From assembly GCA_964036045.1 (NCBI GenBank), contig OZ038378.1, positions 179,924,001-179,988,000 of the forward strand: DNA of 64,000 nt. Reading direction: 5' to 3'. Positions 22,110 to 34,515 of this stretch are shown piece after piece. Numbering within the stretch: position 1 is the stretch's first letter; each line of letters opens with the position of its first letter. This stretch comes from Eutreptiella sp. 'Long Island Sound 2002' (Eukaryota > Protista > Euglenida). The notes below the pieces were generated by a model. It did not search any database, had not been told where the DNA came from, and worked only from the letters and a program-made list of their open reading frames with translations. The position numbers and the translations under genes were made by a program.

Positions 22110-23219
22110 GGAGATTGGGCCGCCCAAATGGAGGATTGGTACAATGACGCGACTCCAGAGGACAAGCACCGCATCAGTAAATTGCAGATCCCGGAAAGCC
22201 TGATTGAGGCACTGCAGCCTGGTCAGAAGCGTGAACTCCGGCGCAAAGTGGCGGAGCACCAATACCTGGCAATGATAGGAATGACACAACTCAGGGGCAC
22301 ACTTCCCATGATGCCAAAGGACCCGGCGTGGGTGGAAGGAAATGCAGGACCGGCATGGTATGGGGCGCTTCGGGCACGAAAGGTGAGCCCAAATGTCACA
22401 GAAAAGAACCTTAGAGAACAAGTGCACTATCAACCGAAAAAGCGCACAACCTGGGTAGTAAAAGCAGACCAACATTGTAAGGACGCCACAGCCCCATTGC
22501 GTCAAGTGTACAACAAAGTAAAGGTGTATGCGGTAGGAGACGTAGCAAGAAAAAGGAAAAGACAGCTGTTGGACATACTGGGGTCCTCCATAATGCAGAC
22601 CACAGGAGCAGACGATCTGCGCGAACAGATATGTCAAATACTACAGCCGCGGTGGTCCATACTGTATGGTCCAGGAAACCACATGCCAATAGGAGGATAT
22701 AAGATCACCAAGTCCACCATAGAAGGGGTAGAGGCGGATGCCAAAACAGCCTTAGCTATGCGTTACAAGGTAGGGGTCGCCATGCACAACATGGCCAGGT
22801 GGTTGCAGTACACCCTGAAGTGGAGAGATTACTACCAGCAGCAGAAAAAGAAAATGTACCATCAAGATTCCAAAGGGATAGTGCAACAAGTGTTTCGCAA
22901 ATGGTATAGACAAGGGCAGGTGCACATGCGTCACTACAATACCCAAAACGTGATGTCACCGCAACCGGCATGGGATGCATGGGAGGAGCAGGCAAGGCAA
23001 CTCTGGAGTCAGTCTACCAAAAAGAAAATGGAATGCACTTACCGGAGGGTGAAGGACGAGATCCGACAGTACATTCGAAAGCTGTTAGCCCGACACGAGT
23101 GGGCTGTAGCCATACTGCATGGCGAGGCGATCAACGCCAGCCGCAAAGGACGCCCTAGGGATGGCAATGAATGTGGTATTGACGGCAGCAGCATACACAA
23201 ACGGCGTAGGACAAAGTAG
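22110..23219 (+). CDS. LINE C-terminal region, in frame with RT after one TAG
   Basis: Same frame as 19839. A paralogous relic at about 28450 has W at the TAG position (MWLDTWGPW vs MWTTS*GDW). Confidence 0.75.
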   Translation, partial: GDWAAQMEDWYNDATPEDKHRISKLQIPESLIEALQPGQKRELRRKVAEHQYLAMIGMTQLRGTLPMMPKDPAWVEGNAGPAWYGALRARKVSPNVTEKNLREQVHYQPKKRTTWVVKADQHCKDATAPLRQVYNKVKVYAVGDVARKRKRQLLDILGSSIMQTTGADDLREQICQILQPRWSILYGPGNHMPIGGYKITKSTIEGVEADAKTALAMRYKVGVAMHNMARWLQYTLKWRDYYQQQKKKMYHQDSKGIVQQVFRKWYRQGQVHMRHYNTQNVMSPQPAWDAWEEQARQLWSQSTKKKMECTYRRVKDEIRQYIRKLLARHEWAVAILHGEAINASRKGRPRDGNECGIDGSSIHKRRRTK

Positions 23220-23959
23220 GACAGTATGTCGCAAGAGAGAGGAGGAAAAAAACACACAGTGAACGAGAATAAGAGTTTGCAGGGAGGAAGCACCTTGGAA
23301 GGAAAGATGCATCTATGGGTCTCAACAATACAGGGGACTACGTGAGCTTCACCATCAACATAAGGCCGTTAGGCGTGACACTGCGTAGTGCATATGCAAG
23401 GGGTAGACCAAGCAGGTAGTGAACAGAGACAGCTCCCCAGGTAAAGCTGGAACACATGCCAAATGTGGAGCACTCGTTTGTACTATATGCCCTACTTCTT
23501 GAACCAGGCGGTTGCCTGAGAGCTCACATTACACTCTTTGAACTTGTTGAGCCTGAGAAAAAAAAAGATTATGATTCAATGCTTGAGAGTGCGGATGCAT
23601 GCGGGGTGGGATTGGCTGCCGTGTCGGGGGATGTTGTGGAGAGCACCAATTACGTTTTGAAGAAGGGGTGCAACGGGTATAGTTACAGGGGTCGGGGTGC
23701 GGGTAAGAGTGCAATGGAACGGGAAGCAATGGTCGTCCAGCAGGTTTGCGAATGGTGGTTTCTAACCTTTGACTTGCCGTTGTTGCACTATATAACACCG
23801 CGGCGTGCACCGCCGCTTCACTTCTAAGCACCACCGCCCAAGCACCCTCCACCCAAGCGCCCTGTGCGACCCAGCTATGTTACTCTTCGCCCATCCATGG
23901 ACGCCGCCGATGTGAGGAAGCTGCTAGAGGAGAGTCAGAAGGCGACCCTCGCCCTAGTG

Positions 23960-24123
23960 GTATGCTATCTGTCTGCTGTTGTTCGCGTTCATATTGCGTT
24001 CATAATTCGGCATTCATAAAACCGAAAATGCCGTCATAAATGAATTATGAACCGATTTATGAACTGATGAATTATGAACCAGTTTTATGAAAGATTTATT
24101 AACAGCTCCCCCCACGTCCACAG
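23960..24123 (+). other. 164-nt GT-AG intron with TTCATAA/TTATGAA hairpin arrays
   Basis: GTG|gtatgc ... ccacag|GAG, phase 0. Four TCATA-type motifs are followed by four TATGA-type motifs. Confidence 0.65.
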
Positions 24124-24649
24124 GAGCAGCGGCTGGCAGCCCAAGCGCCAGCTCAAGCTCAAGCTGAAGCTCAGGCTCCACCCCCACCCCTACCTCAAGC
24201 TCATCCGCACCCTCAAGCTCACTCCTCCAGGCGACCCCCCGCCGCTCACTCCGCCTCCCCACCCGCCGGCGACTCCTCGAGTGAGGAGTCGCCGGACTCG
24301 TCGGAGCAGGAGAGGAAGAGGACGAAGAGGGAGAAGAAGAAGGAGGAGAAGAGGAGGAAGAAGGAGAAGAAGGAGGAGGAAAAGAGGAAGAAGAAGGAGG
24401 CAGCGGGGGGGGGGAGGGGGGTGAAAGAGGAGGAACGCGACCAACATTGAGGAGGTGAAGGCCGAGATGGAGGACGTGACAGTGGAGGACGCAGGGGGTG
24501 GGGGGTGGGGGGGGCAGGGTGTTTTGTTTGTGACCCCGTGGTTGGGGGGGGAGGCCGGCCATGCATGGGGCCTGAGCCACGCCAAACCACCGCATTTCCG
24601 GACCGCCCTGGGTGCCATGGGCGGCGTCGGACCATAGCCGGATTTCAAG

Positions 24650-24789
24650 GTATCTGCGTTCATAATTCGTTCATAATTCGTTCATAATTCGGCGTTCATG
24701 ATTCAGCGACGCTGCATTGCCTGTTTATATACCATGAACGCGTTTTATGAACCCGTTTTATGAAAGCACTTTCTGAACTGCACTGTCAG
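24650..24789 (+). other. 140-nt GT-AG intron with the same TTCATAA/TTATGAA arrays
   Basis: CAAG|gtatct ... tgtcag|AG, phase 1, restores the frame into ORF 24795. Confidence 0.65.
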
Positions 24790-26918
24790 AGGTCATGGAC
24801 GTGGAAGTGAACCTGGCGGTCGTCGCTGGGGTTTGCATCCGCTACTGGCTGGGCACCGCCAAGTTCAGCATCGCCCTGTCCGCCCTATACCAGCTGCTGC
24901 TCCTCAACCCGCAACAGGGGTGCTCTATCCTGTCCAACATAACAGGGCGGTCACTAAGGCAGTCATGCATCCACCGCACCTTCAGTCGTCTAACTATGAC
25001 TTGCACCACGCCTCCTTTTCGCTATTCACCGCCAAGCAACTTACCATACGGTGGGCGAGAGGACACCGCGACCCCAAGAAGGCACACAACCTACAGGAGT
25101 AGCAGGACCGAATGGAGAATGAAATGGCGGACGAGGAGGCAAAAATGGCAAGTACCATGCATCCGGGCAAAGGAGCAGACAATACATCCCCATCAGATGT
25201 CCTGCTTAACAAGCACGTGATGCCCTCGCCGGCCTGTAAGTTGATTGTCAAGGTGTGACCCCAAAAGTCAACACCGGACGCCAACTGGACGTCCTGGCTC
25301 CCTCTCTTCGCTTTCAATCGGGACAAATGGGGACCCTGACGCTAGGGCATCCAACGTTCGCTAGGATATGGAGCACCATGGGAAACCCTCCCATCGTGGT
25401 ACCGCTCCAAAGGAGCGTTGTAAGGAGATGGGTACCTGTAGGCGGGTGCACACGCGGCACTCGTCTTCTGTTGCCGCGTGTAGCCACCGTTCGGCTTCCG
25501 GTCACCATACTTCCCATGCCTCTTTCTAGCTGGTCCAAAAGAGGGCGTCCGATGGGTAGAAAAGGAGACACTCCTGGATGGCCATACCATCCCCGTCCAC
25601 TGGCGGGTAGTGGTCGGAACTTGGGAGTTCCACGTTTACCAGAGAGTACAAGCCCGGAGCGTAACAAAATGCAATGCGAGACCGGCCTTCGTCTCTTCCA
25701 AGCGTCCTACGTACGTGGTTCCACCCGCGCCAAGAGCCAGTCAGCGCCCACCCAGGCCTACAAAGCGTAGAGGGGTGGTCGCGGTCACGCCTCGGGAAAA
25801 ACCACAGCTTCGGGACGTCGCACCGACCCTCCACGACCTACGCTGGCAACTGACCCAGGCCAACTCCGCGGCGGAAACTGCATGGGTCCTGCAAGCCCTG
25901 CGGAAACAATTCAAAACAACACGTTCCCAAGAAGGACTTGCGGAGCCGCGAGTTGCACCGAAACGGCCACGTCTTCTTGAACGGCACGTGCCTGGATGGT
26001 ACCGCACTCACGTTTGCAGCTGGCCTCTACCGCCATCAAAACACGATATCCGTTGGCAACATTTGCAGACACCCTACCGCTATCCTCGTGGAGCTCCAAG
26101 CTGGCGCTCATGGGGGTACAAGTGGAGCGCCATGCCGCCCTAGAATACACACGAACCGAAGAAGAAACACACCGACTCTACATCGAATCTGCACGCCGTC
26201 TCCAGGAATCAGTGTGCCTGGTACAACGACATGCACTGCACCGCCATGCACATTGAAGCGTCATCCAACGACATTTGCGTGCGTCCCTGCAAAGCAAAGA
26301 ACACCTGGCCTACTGAGTGTGCATGCACGTGCGACTACACAAATGGAGGTCGGTACAAAGTGCAGAGTGTGCCGCCCGTTTCCTTTTATCCGCACAACAC
26401 GTGGTGGAGTTGGAACGGACAACACGCCGCCACCTCGCTGGCAAACACGAAACCGCGGTGCACACCCTTTCCAGGTGGCGGCATAAACGACCCAGACTCC
26501 ACCAAACATCTCCCCCACCAAAACGGCCACGCTTCACGACACCGGCCATCCTGGAGCCGCCGGAGGATATGTGACCCATGGAAGTCCCCTTGGAAGGTTG
26601 GGGGGATGCTATCGTCCTGACAAGATTGTGACCGAACCGCTGCAGACAACGCCCACGACACGGGACCGACAGGGGCGTCGCTAGGCATAGGACTCGTTCC
26701 AATTGCATGCTAACTTTTCTGGGTTAAGGGGCAGGGGGGCCCAAGGGAATGGCCCTAAACCACCCAGTTAGGGGGCTGCTCGGCATGCGCAGCATTTCAA
26801 CCACTCCACCGGAACCCCATTGCACCAGAGCTAGAAGAGAACAAGCAAGCAAAGGCAACATCGGCGACCCGACAGACTTGCTCAATCTTCCCTTCCAGGA
26901 GAGAGCTCAAGGCGGGGA

Positions 26919-27212
26919 TCAGTTGCCCGGGGTTTCAATCGCCCGGGCGAGAGCTTCCAAGTTGGAGACCTGGAGTTGGATCCTGTGCCGGCGGACGAAC
27001 TCCATGAAGGGAGTGTTGATCCGCGGCGCGAAGGATGACACGGGCTCCCAAGTGTCGTGAGATGGCCCGTAGCCTCGCCATCGCACCCGGAACTCCATGC
27101 CTCCGGCCACAGAGGCGTTCGGATGCCGGGCCACGATCTTCTCGACGGTGTAGTCGTCCTGCTCAGCATAGTCGTTGTCCGAATCGGTCTCATGGGCGGT
27201 GTAGTCCAAGGA
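26919..27212 (-). mobile_element. Chromodomain fragment, probably the 3' end of a chromovirus-type LTR retrotransposon integrase
   Basis: DYTVEKIVARHP...MEFRVRWRGYGPSHDTWEPVSSF is a canonical chromodomain ending at a stop. No integrase core upstream. Confidence 0.75.
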
Positions 27213-28096
27213 CTCTGCAAGATGGGGGAAAAGTACACTGGACAGCCGAATCCCCCACGCAAACACAAGATGTGAAGGCGCCGGGATAAGAAGCCCATAA
27301 TGAAACCAAGGGGCTAGATGTGTCCTCACTGCGGAAGTCATAATTATGCGCAATGCACAAGGTGTAACACGTGTGCAAAGGGCAACTGATTGGCGTGTCC
27401 CAATACCCACATAGCCTGAGCAGTCGGCACCCTTGCCACTGCCTGGTTACACAGGCCACCACTGACACGAGTGCAGGGGACTATGATTCTTTAGTTGTTC
27501 CTATTCCCGTTCCTCGTAGCTTCCGACTCGCTGCTGCATTGTCACACATCAGTCACGCAGCCGACCACACACATCGATGCCACCCACTATGCTACACACA
27601 CGTGCAACTGTATGAGTCGTTCACGGCATGTGTTACCTGGGACCACTGCAAATGACCGAAGAGATGCTCGTTCTCTGAACGACACACACATCACATCCAC
27701 ATTGATCGGTTGCCAATTACCTGTGGCCAAGGGGAAATGCACAATGGGAGGGATGCCCCCCCCCCCCCGTGGAGTGCTTGTAAGTTTTCAAGTGCCTTCC
27801 CGACACTCACACACAACTTTATCACGGATGTCTTACATTTCATGGAGCTACCAGAAAACATCATCCTGGTGCTACTTTATACACTCCAAGCCCCCTTCCA
27901 TTTCTGCGCCTGGAAAGGGGCAGTGCGGGAGGTTTTATTTTGCCCAATTGTAGGAATGGGGCAAGGGGCCCGGCTCTTGTCGTCTTTTACTTCCGTGTCT
28001 CTTTTGTGTTGTTTCGATTTAATTGTATCGTGAATGTGGAGGCGTACATGTACGCCGTACAGCACATGAGCGCGAGTGCATCCACTCAATGGGAAA

Positions 28097-28545
28097 GTGG
28101 ACTTGCTCAGCAAGATGGCCACACGGCTGCTAGTCCCGATTATGATCCCACCCGGCCGGAGGATATAGCAGTTTGTAGCGGACCTACCCCCACTTTGGCA
28201 CGGAAATGGATTATCCGGGGAGATGCATCGCACCTTTTGACGGCACACAATGGACATCTTGGGTGCCCATGCGGGGAGAACGATGCATGCTTTGGGTGAA
28301 GTGGCTTTGGGGCCAGATGCGCTAGGCCGCAACTGGCGCGCCCTGGGACTGTGCCGCCCCGAAATGCCCACTCTGCCCCCTCCACCACGGTACCACATTC
28401 CACAACCGCCTCATTCGCTGTGTGGGATGGAAAGTCGCATTCCAAAACATGTGGCTCGACACATGGGGACCATGGCAGGACACTGTGACGGAATGGTGGA
28501 CTAGAGCGTCCGCGGCGGACATGCAAGGGATATCTAAGTAGGACA
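28097..28545 (+). pseudogene. Decayed 3' fragment of a LINE related to the 15.5-23.5 kb element
   Basis: VDLLSKMA, PTPTLARKWII, WVKWLWGQMR*, KCPLC..HHGTTFHNRLIRC and MWLDTWGPW are colinear with 21740-22180. Confidence 0.8.
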
Positions 28546-29580
28546 CTAGTCACTGTGGGAACACATCCCGCGATCACAGCGAGTGGATTTTAGGGCGCGG
28601 GTGGCGTGTAACCCATATCCCGCGCTTCACGGCGTGTTTACGCTGCGGGGCCAACTCACCATGCCCCCCCGCGACCCACAGGCACCGCCAACGCCATCCA
28701 TAGCTATGCCAGCATGGTACACGAAACGGCGCCCACGTGAAGTACGGCCAAACCCCACGGACACTGCCCTCCGGAAGCAGGTAGGGTATACTCGCCCTCC
28801 ACGAAAGGGCGCCGCGGCGAAACGTCCTCCCCTCCCAGGAAGCTAGTTGACGTGGTACAGTGCCGCAGGGAGGAAGGGACCTTGGCCCTCAACCCCACCC
28901 ATGGAACACTCGGACAGCAAGCACAGAGAACAATGATCTGATACACGGAACTGAGAGCAATGAAGACCGTGGGGCAGGCGCCTTTGGAGCTAATTGCGGT
29001 GTAGCAAACCTGACCCATTGTGGCCCAGGAATAGTTCGGCATTGGCGCTTAGGGGGAGGTAGTTCCGCCCTTTCCTTTGCGTGTTTGGACGCCCACAGGC
29101 AGCACCTCATGGAAAAGAGTTGCAGCCGCCGCCAGTGTTGTTGGTACTGCCGGGCAGTGGAGGTCGCCCATACGGCCACCGGGCGCAGGAGGGAGTGCCA
29201 GTGATGGGATTGCCGTGCCAAAGTATCTAAGGTATCGCGCCAGGCGCCGGTGAGGCTTGTGCCGAGGGCGGTCTGCTGGTACTAGGGCTGAGCCAAGCCC
29301 CGCTTTGCCATGGACGGTTGGTACCAGTATACCCAAGCCCTGGTATGGTACGATTGCTGCGGGTCCCATGTGCGTGCCGCTCTGCGGCGTGAGGCTAGGG
29401 TCAAAATGTTGGGCGCACGACCACCTCCGGACACCACCCCAGACGGGAAACATCGCAAACTTGGGGTAGTTACCCCACATGACTTGTGGCAACATTTCCA
29501 AGGGTGATTCCCAGCCCCTTTTGGGTGTGTGGCGACGGCTTTAGGGCGGTGATGTGCCGTGATGTGTGCCGGGAGGTGTC

Positions 29581-29700
29581 CCACCGCCGCAGGGACAAGA
29601 ATGGTCCACTGACATTGAGTGTCAGGTTGGACATTTGTGGATGGTGGGGCGGGTCAGGCCCTAGGTTGGGGTGGATATGGGACCAGGATAGGCAGCGGTC
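29581..29700 (-). pseudogene. Short relic of the same LINE family's 2A-like/APE N-terminus
   Basis: HIHPNLGPDPP...LTLNVSGPFLSLRRW compared with DVHPNIGPPPP...MTLNVGGPHISKKRW at 18510. Confidence 0.55.
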
Positions 29701-30058
29701 CTTTAGTCGCTGTAGCACTTGCGCCTCGATGCTCGGAGCCCGCAATCTCTCCCGCTTGTAGGCTGCCGTCGGAATAGAGGGACGTGCCGTTAGGCGGTTC
29801 GAGGTTTGAGTAGCATTGTATGCCTATGATGGTGACTGGGTGATACCCGGCTAGCACCGTGCCTGCCGAGGGGTCATCGTGGAAGCGGTGTGGAGCCACA
29901 TAGTGGTGCGTTTGGAGGGTGTCCCCTACCTACTCCTTGCAGGCCGACGGCAGGATGCCGTCGTCGGAGCTCTCGCTGTCTAGAAGGTTTGGGCCCAAGG
30001 TTCCACCATTCAGCCTTGGGGCGGCTGAAAATTTGGCCGCCCGACGGTTCCCGTTCAA

Positions 30059-30544
30059 ATGGCAACGGGACGTCATTCAAGGCCTTGTGATTTATTAGCC
30101 GACGAGCCTGGACATGCACAAGCGGGTGCACGCCTTGCTAAAGGGGTATGGGGTACCTTGTACAATGTTATAGAAGCATGCGCTGGTGTATCTCAGCAAG
30201 GGCTCCATCAGCGCCCACGTGACGGAGCACCCTCGGGGCCCCTATCAGCCTGTTTTGGGTGCGGCTTTTCTGGTCATTGGGCCCGCGACTGTGTCACACA
30301 GCCGGTCCACTGTGGAGCATCCGTTGGCGTGGCGTCCGCCCTTGGGCCAAATGTGGGGGCTCCTGCTCACGAGTTTGTATCCAGTCAGTCGGTTTCTAGT
30401 TTTGCCAGCATCTCCGATGCCCGCCAGCGTGGCGTGTTCAGTTCAGCATGGTGGGGGCCCAGACGTTGTATATATACCACTGCTAGCACTGGCCGCAAAT
30501 GCGACGCCTCTAGCCCCACCATACCTGTGTGTGCGCTACCATGA
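30059..30544 (+). pseudogene. Gag-like CCHC zinc-knuckle relic
   Basis: CFGCGFSGHWARDC matches CX2CX4HX4C. Confidence 0.55.
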
Positions 30545-31724
30545 GGTACAACCATGTGCTGCTTGCGGAACAGTCCCATTAGTCCCAGCGAATGCACAGG
30601 GCCCAGTTCCACACCTCTGGAGGGGCGCAGCGAGCATTCAGGGCCCTTGCACCCCAATGATGACATGTGCCCCCACCCCGCAAACCATGGAGCCCCCGGA
30701 GAGTGCCCTGCAATTCAATTGCTGTATCTGCGAACTGACGTTGATGTGGCGCAAGTTCGGGACCTGCCATATCCGCCAAAAACCTTGGCCCTCTCCAAGT
30801 GGACTGACGGGACCATTGGCCTGTGGATCGGCTACTTACAGCCACTTGAACGATCTGCCCTGTTGTGGCATGTGTGGCGGGCTTAGCGTTAGGCTCTCCG
30901 GCCTCCCTGCTGGGGCCTGAAGCATTAGGCACACACTTCCCTGCTCCACGTGCGCTGACGCTGACTAACAGTGGAGCAAGCAAGTGTGCCACACCCCCCC
31001 CCCCCCCTCCCTAGACATACAATGTCATGAAACAAAAATCAGTGCAGGATATCTGGGGGGAGTTGGGACTGCAGGAAATGCCTGACTCGTATGACACGGA
31101 CTCAAATTGCTCGGGGGGGTCCCACATTTCAGAGGAATTAAATGAGGACAACTCAGAGAACTGGCCCAAGCGGTGTCGGTACAGCTAATCGGGGCCATGG
31201 GGAGGGCAGAGTGAGGTGACCTGCGAAGAATGCTAAGTCTGTGAACAAACAGTGCTGCAGTGCAGCAGAACAATGTTGTTGGCGATGACCTATGACCTGT
31301 GTCACGGGGGTCATATGGTAGCTGAGTATCCGTTGCTTCACACCCCCTAGACATACAAGGGCACATACACATCGGCACGGCGGCATCTTCCGCAAGCGCC
31401 ACCACGGGGTCTGGGGGCGGTCACCGCGTTGTGCCAACACATATTGCGCCTTGTAGGGGAGCACCAGGAACTCAAAAACCCCTGCAATCAGTGAGTATTG
31501 CATTGCCATCGTGGGCAGGGGTACAGGGACGTGACAGACAGACAGGGCGAGCAACGGGATGCTATGCAAAACCTAGGTTTGCCCCTTTCCACAAGTTTTT
31601 TGTTCCATGCCTCCTATGCTTTAGGACAGGTTATGTAGCCTTTCCGCCCGCCTTTGGGCTAAGTTCCCTCCACAAGGTCTGCGGCCGATGGGGTCCTATG
31701 TTAGGACATTCCTTTCTTTCTCCT

Positions 31725-31910
31725 CATCAGGCCCCTTTCCGGTTGGGGATATGGACCAGCCCCTTTCCAATGGCCCCTTTCCGCTTGGGGATATGGACCG
31801 GCCCCTTTCCAATTGGGTGTATGAACTGATCCCTTTCCGGTTGGGGGTATGGACTGGCCCGTTTCTAGCTGGGGACATGGACTGGCCCCTTTCCACTTGG
31901 GTGGGGACTT
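31725..31910. repeat. ~27-bp minisatellite (ggcccctttcc..ttgggga(t/c)atggacc)
   Basis: At least six degenerate units are visible. Confidence 0.8.
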
Positions 31911-32499
31911 GTGAGATGTTGTTTTCAATCCCAAGTACGTAGGCCATGTTCATAAGATTACCATGGCTGTCGACCATCTTGGGTATCTAATATGGATATG
32001 CGACCTTATGCCCGGAACCTCGGCGGATGTTATGATTTGGGATCAACGTGGTCCTTTGCGAACACATGGGCGGTTCTTCAATTTTGAAGCAGGTGCTCAT
32101 GATGGCGCCTATAAGGGCCGCTTGCACATTGTTGTACCGTGCAACCGTGGAGCACCTCTTTGCACGCTTGTGGCAATGGAGGATTGTCCGCAGTGTGTGG
32201 ACACACTGTGCAGCGGAGCTGTATGGCCACGTGCGTATTTTGCACCACCTTACTCAATTTTGTATTTGCAGGTAGACTAGGTATCGGCCCTATATGGACC
32301 GTGGCCTCATGTGCCTGAGTCTATGTGGGCGCAGGAGGCGGCTATCGTTGAGGATGGGGAAAATGATGACAGTGTTTGTTGCCAATTGTGTGGCCACCAT
32401 TCTAGTGATATATCTGTGTGTGGCACTTGCCAATTGAACATGTGTGCATCTTGCATGCCACTACACAGATGTACTTTACAAAAGTGAGTGGTTTCTTCA

Positions 32500-32650
32500 T
32501 AGGTACATTGGAGTACCAATTCGAAGGCAGATTTGTTGTCATCTTGTGGGCTTTGCTGCTTTGCTGGGCTATCAAGTAGGTGGTAGGTGATCCTAGGTGA
32601 GTTCCCCGGTAGGTGCACACAGTGCGCACGCAGTGCAACAACTTGGCCTA
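32500..32650 (+). repeat. Dispersed repeat shared with about 52380-52560
   Basis: aggcag.tttgttgt...tgtgggctttgctgctt...cagtgc...acttggcc occurs at both loci. Confidence 0.6.
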
Positions 32651-34515
32651 GGTTGATTTCTCCTCACCATGTGTACCCCAAGAAGGCAGGGGTTATGCAG
32701 CCATGTTGACACATATTCTGTTGATCCCTTCACTACTCATCAAACAGGGTTTGTGAAGAGAAGATGAAGAGTAAGTGGCATATTAGACATCTTGCATACA
32801 ATAATTTTGATGTTAGATGTCTAACATGATTGTGTGATATTGTGTCAGTACACAATGTTCGGGTACAAGGAATTTAAGCACACACAAGTTTCAGTGGAGT
32901 GAAACCCATCAAAGTTGGAGGCAACCTTTTTCAATCAAGGAAAAAATTTCCTTGTCGGATTGCAATTTTTACGCCCCTTGGCTACTTTGCACCCCCAAGG
33001 CTAGGGTAGTTGGGGTTGCCTAATTTCAAGGTCGCTTGGAAGGGGCATGCCTGTCTCAACGTAACGCGCAGTGTGCGCACAGTGCAAGGATTCCCCCTAT
33101 GGTATCAAGATTTCGCATCCCTCGTGCAAGCACCTCGTGTACCATCATCCTAAACTTTGTCCATGTTAGGAGAGGGAGGAACGCAAACTGCAGTTATCCC
33201 ACCATGCACGGTGCTGTGGTCACCAAGAGAGCCTTACGCTAAGACTGCCAGGGGAGATGTGGGCTAAGGTTCACAGGGGGAGTATCAGACGCGGTGCGCG
33301 CGCGGTGCATGCGCGGTGCGGGTACTGGGGTTGTTCCATAGACCCTTTCATCCAGAGCCAATCAGGGGGAATGGTAACGCCTCAGAGCCCAGCAGGTACC
33401 ATTTACAACTCCTCTCCCAGTAGACCATCTCCTAGGGAAGTTGTTCAAATACCTGACGCGGTGCGGACGCGGTGCGCGCGCGGTGCACGCGCGGTGCGGA
33501 TACTCCCCCACAGCCTCCATGTCACAGGGACAAAACACCAAGCATCTCGACAGCCGTCTGGGAGCACAGCAGCACACATGTTGCAAATCACCTCGGCATG
33601 AAAATTTCTTTTACTTTGACAATTCCTCGGAACTTTTTTGAGTGTTGTACATCGCAAGGTGCAATTCTAAGCAAGGGCCGGAAAGTTGTATGGGCCAAAA
33701 AACAGTTCTCTGACATTTGGTGCAACACACCGCTTGGAAAACCGAATGCGTCCGCCGCTTGGAAAAAGTGCTTGGAATTTTTGATGGGCGGGGGTGGTTG
33801 GGAAAAGTGCTTGCGAGGTTGCATGCAAGGTTGGCGGGGATTGGTGCCTGGAAAAGGGGGTGGGGGTGGAGTGTGGAAAAAGTGCTTGGACATTTGGATG
33901 GGAGGGGGTGTTTGGGAAAAGTGCTTGCAAGGTTGCCTGCGAGGTTGGCGGGTGGGGTGGGCTGGGATTGGTGCTCAGAAATTGCCTTGGGTCGATGCAC
34001 GGTAAAAGTGTTCAGGGTGTTCCTACCAAGAACTGCTTGGGAAAAGTAGTTCCAACAACACCACGGAACACCATCACGTGGAAGCAATTGTTGTCTCCAT
34101 GGGCCAACTTAAAAAGTCGGTTGTCAACAGCAGAGCACAGTTGTAGCAATACACCTGACCAAATATACATTTCAAGGGAAGCATATTTGTTACATGTGAG
34201 GCGTGGTACGGGCACTGCTGGGGCTGGACCTGCGCGCCTCCCCGTGTGGACACCACAAGCGCCATGAGGAGATTTGTACACGTTGGTGGATAGGTGAAGG
34301 GGGATAGTAGATGTAGCAAGTCAAGTGGGTGACCAATGCGGGCGCACTGTGTCAGAACTGCCGAACATTGCTGCATATGTACCAGACCGTGCATGTGTGG
34401 AGCGCCTGTGTGCGGTGTTTAGATCCATTGCTGATGAAGCCGTGCATTGCCTTGGACCTGTTTCGACTGCACATGGCCTTGTGCGTGCCTTCATCTCAGG
34501 GGTGTTTTGTTGCTG

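Larger units (their letters stand above)
15536..23566 (+). mobile_element. Near full-length decayed non-LTR retrotransposon (APE-RT-RNase H, ingi/I-group-like architecture)
   Basis: Colinear Zn finger, ubiquitin-like, RRM-like, APE, RT, RNase H and CCHC segments. Short A-run at about 23558-23566 after the 3' UTR. The 5' boundary is uncertain. Confidence 0.9.
23897..25220 (+). pseudogene. Three-exon gene of unknown function (A/Q/P-rich, K/E-rich, RGG-like) with one premature TGA
   Basis: Exons 23897-23959, 24124-24649 and 24790 onward join in one frame through two GT-AG introns. The only stop, TGA 24448-50, is explained by CGA>TGA inside a G/R-rich stretch. Confidence 0.6.

Noticed and set aside
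24074-24424. Poly-Arg 116-aa ORF and its antisense low-complexity ORFs
   Set aside because: Alternative frames of a GAG/AAG-rich exon. The spliced K/E-rich frame explains the region better.
24767-24776. CACTTTCTGA, resembling the 5' part of the euglenid SL
   Set aside because: Only 10 nt, with no TTTTCG end, and it lies inside a putative intron as one of the TGAA motif variants.
29654-29899. LYSDGS RNase H-like motif on the minus strand
   Set aside because: It lies in a different frame alongside the better-supported 2A/APE relic, and no downstream E/D motifs follow.
31725-31910. CRISPR-like short repeats (also 56160-57960)
   Set aside because: The units are degenerate tandem copies without unique spacers, there are no cas genes, and the context is eukaryotic.
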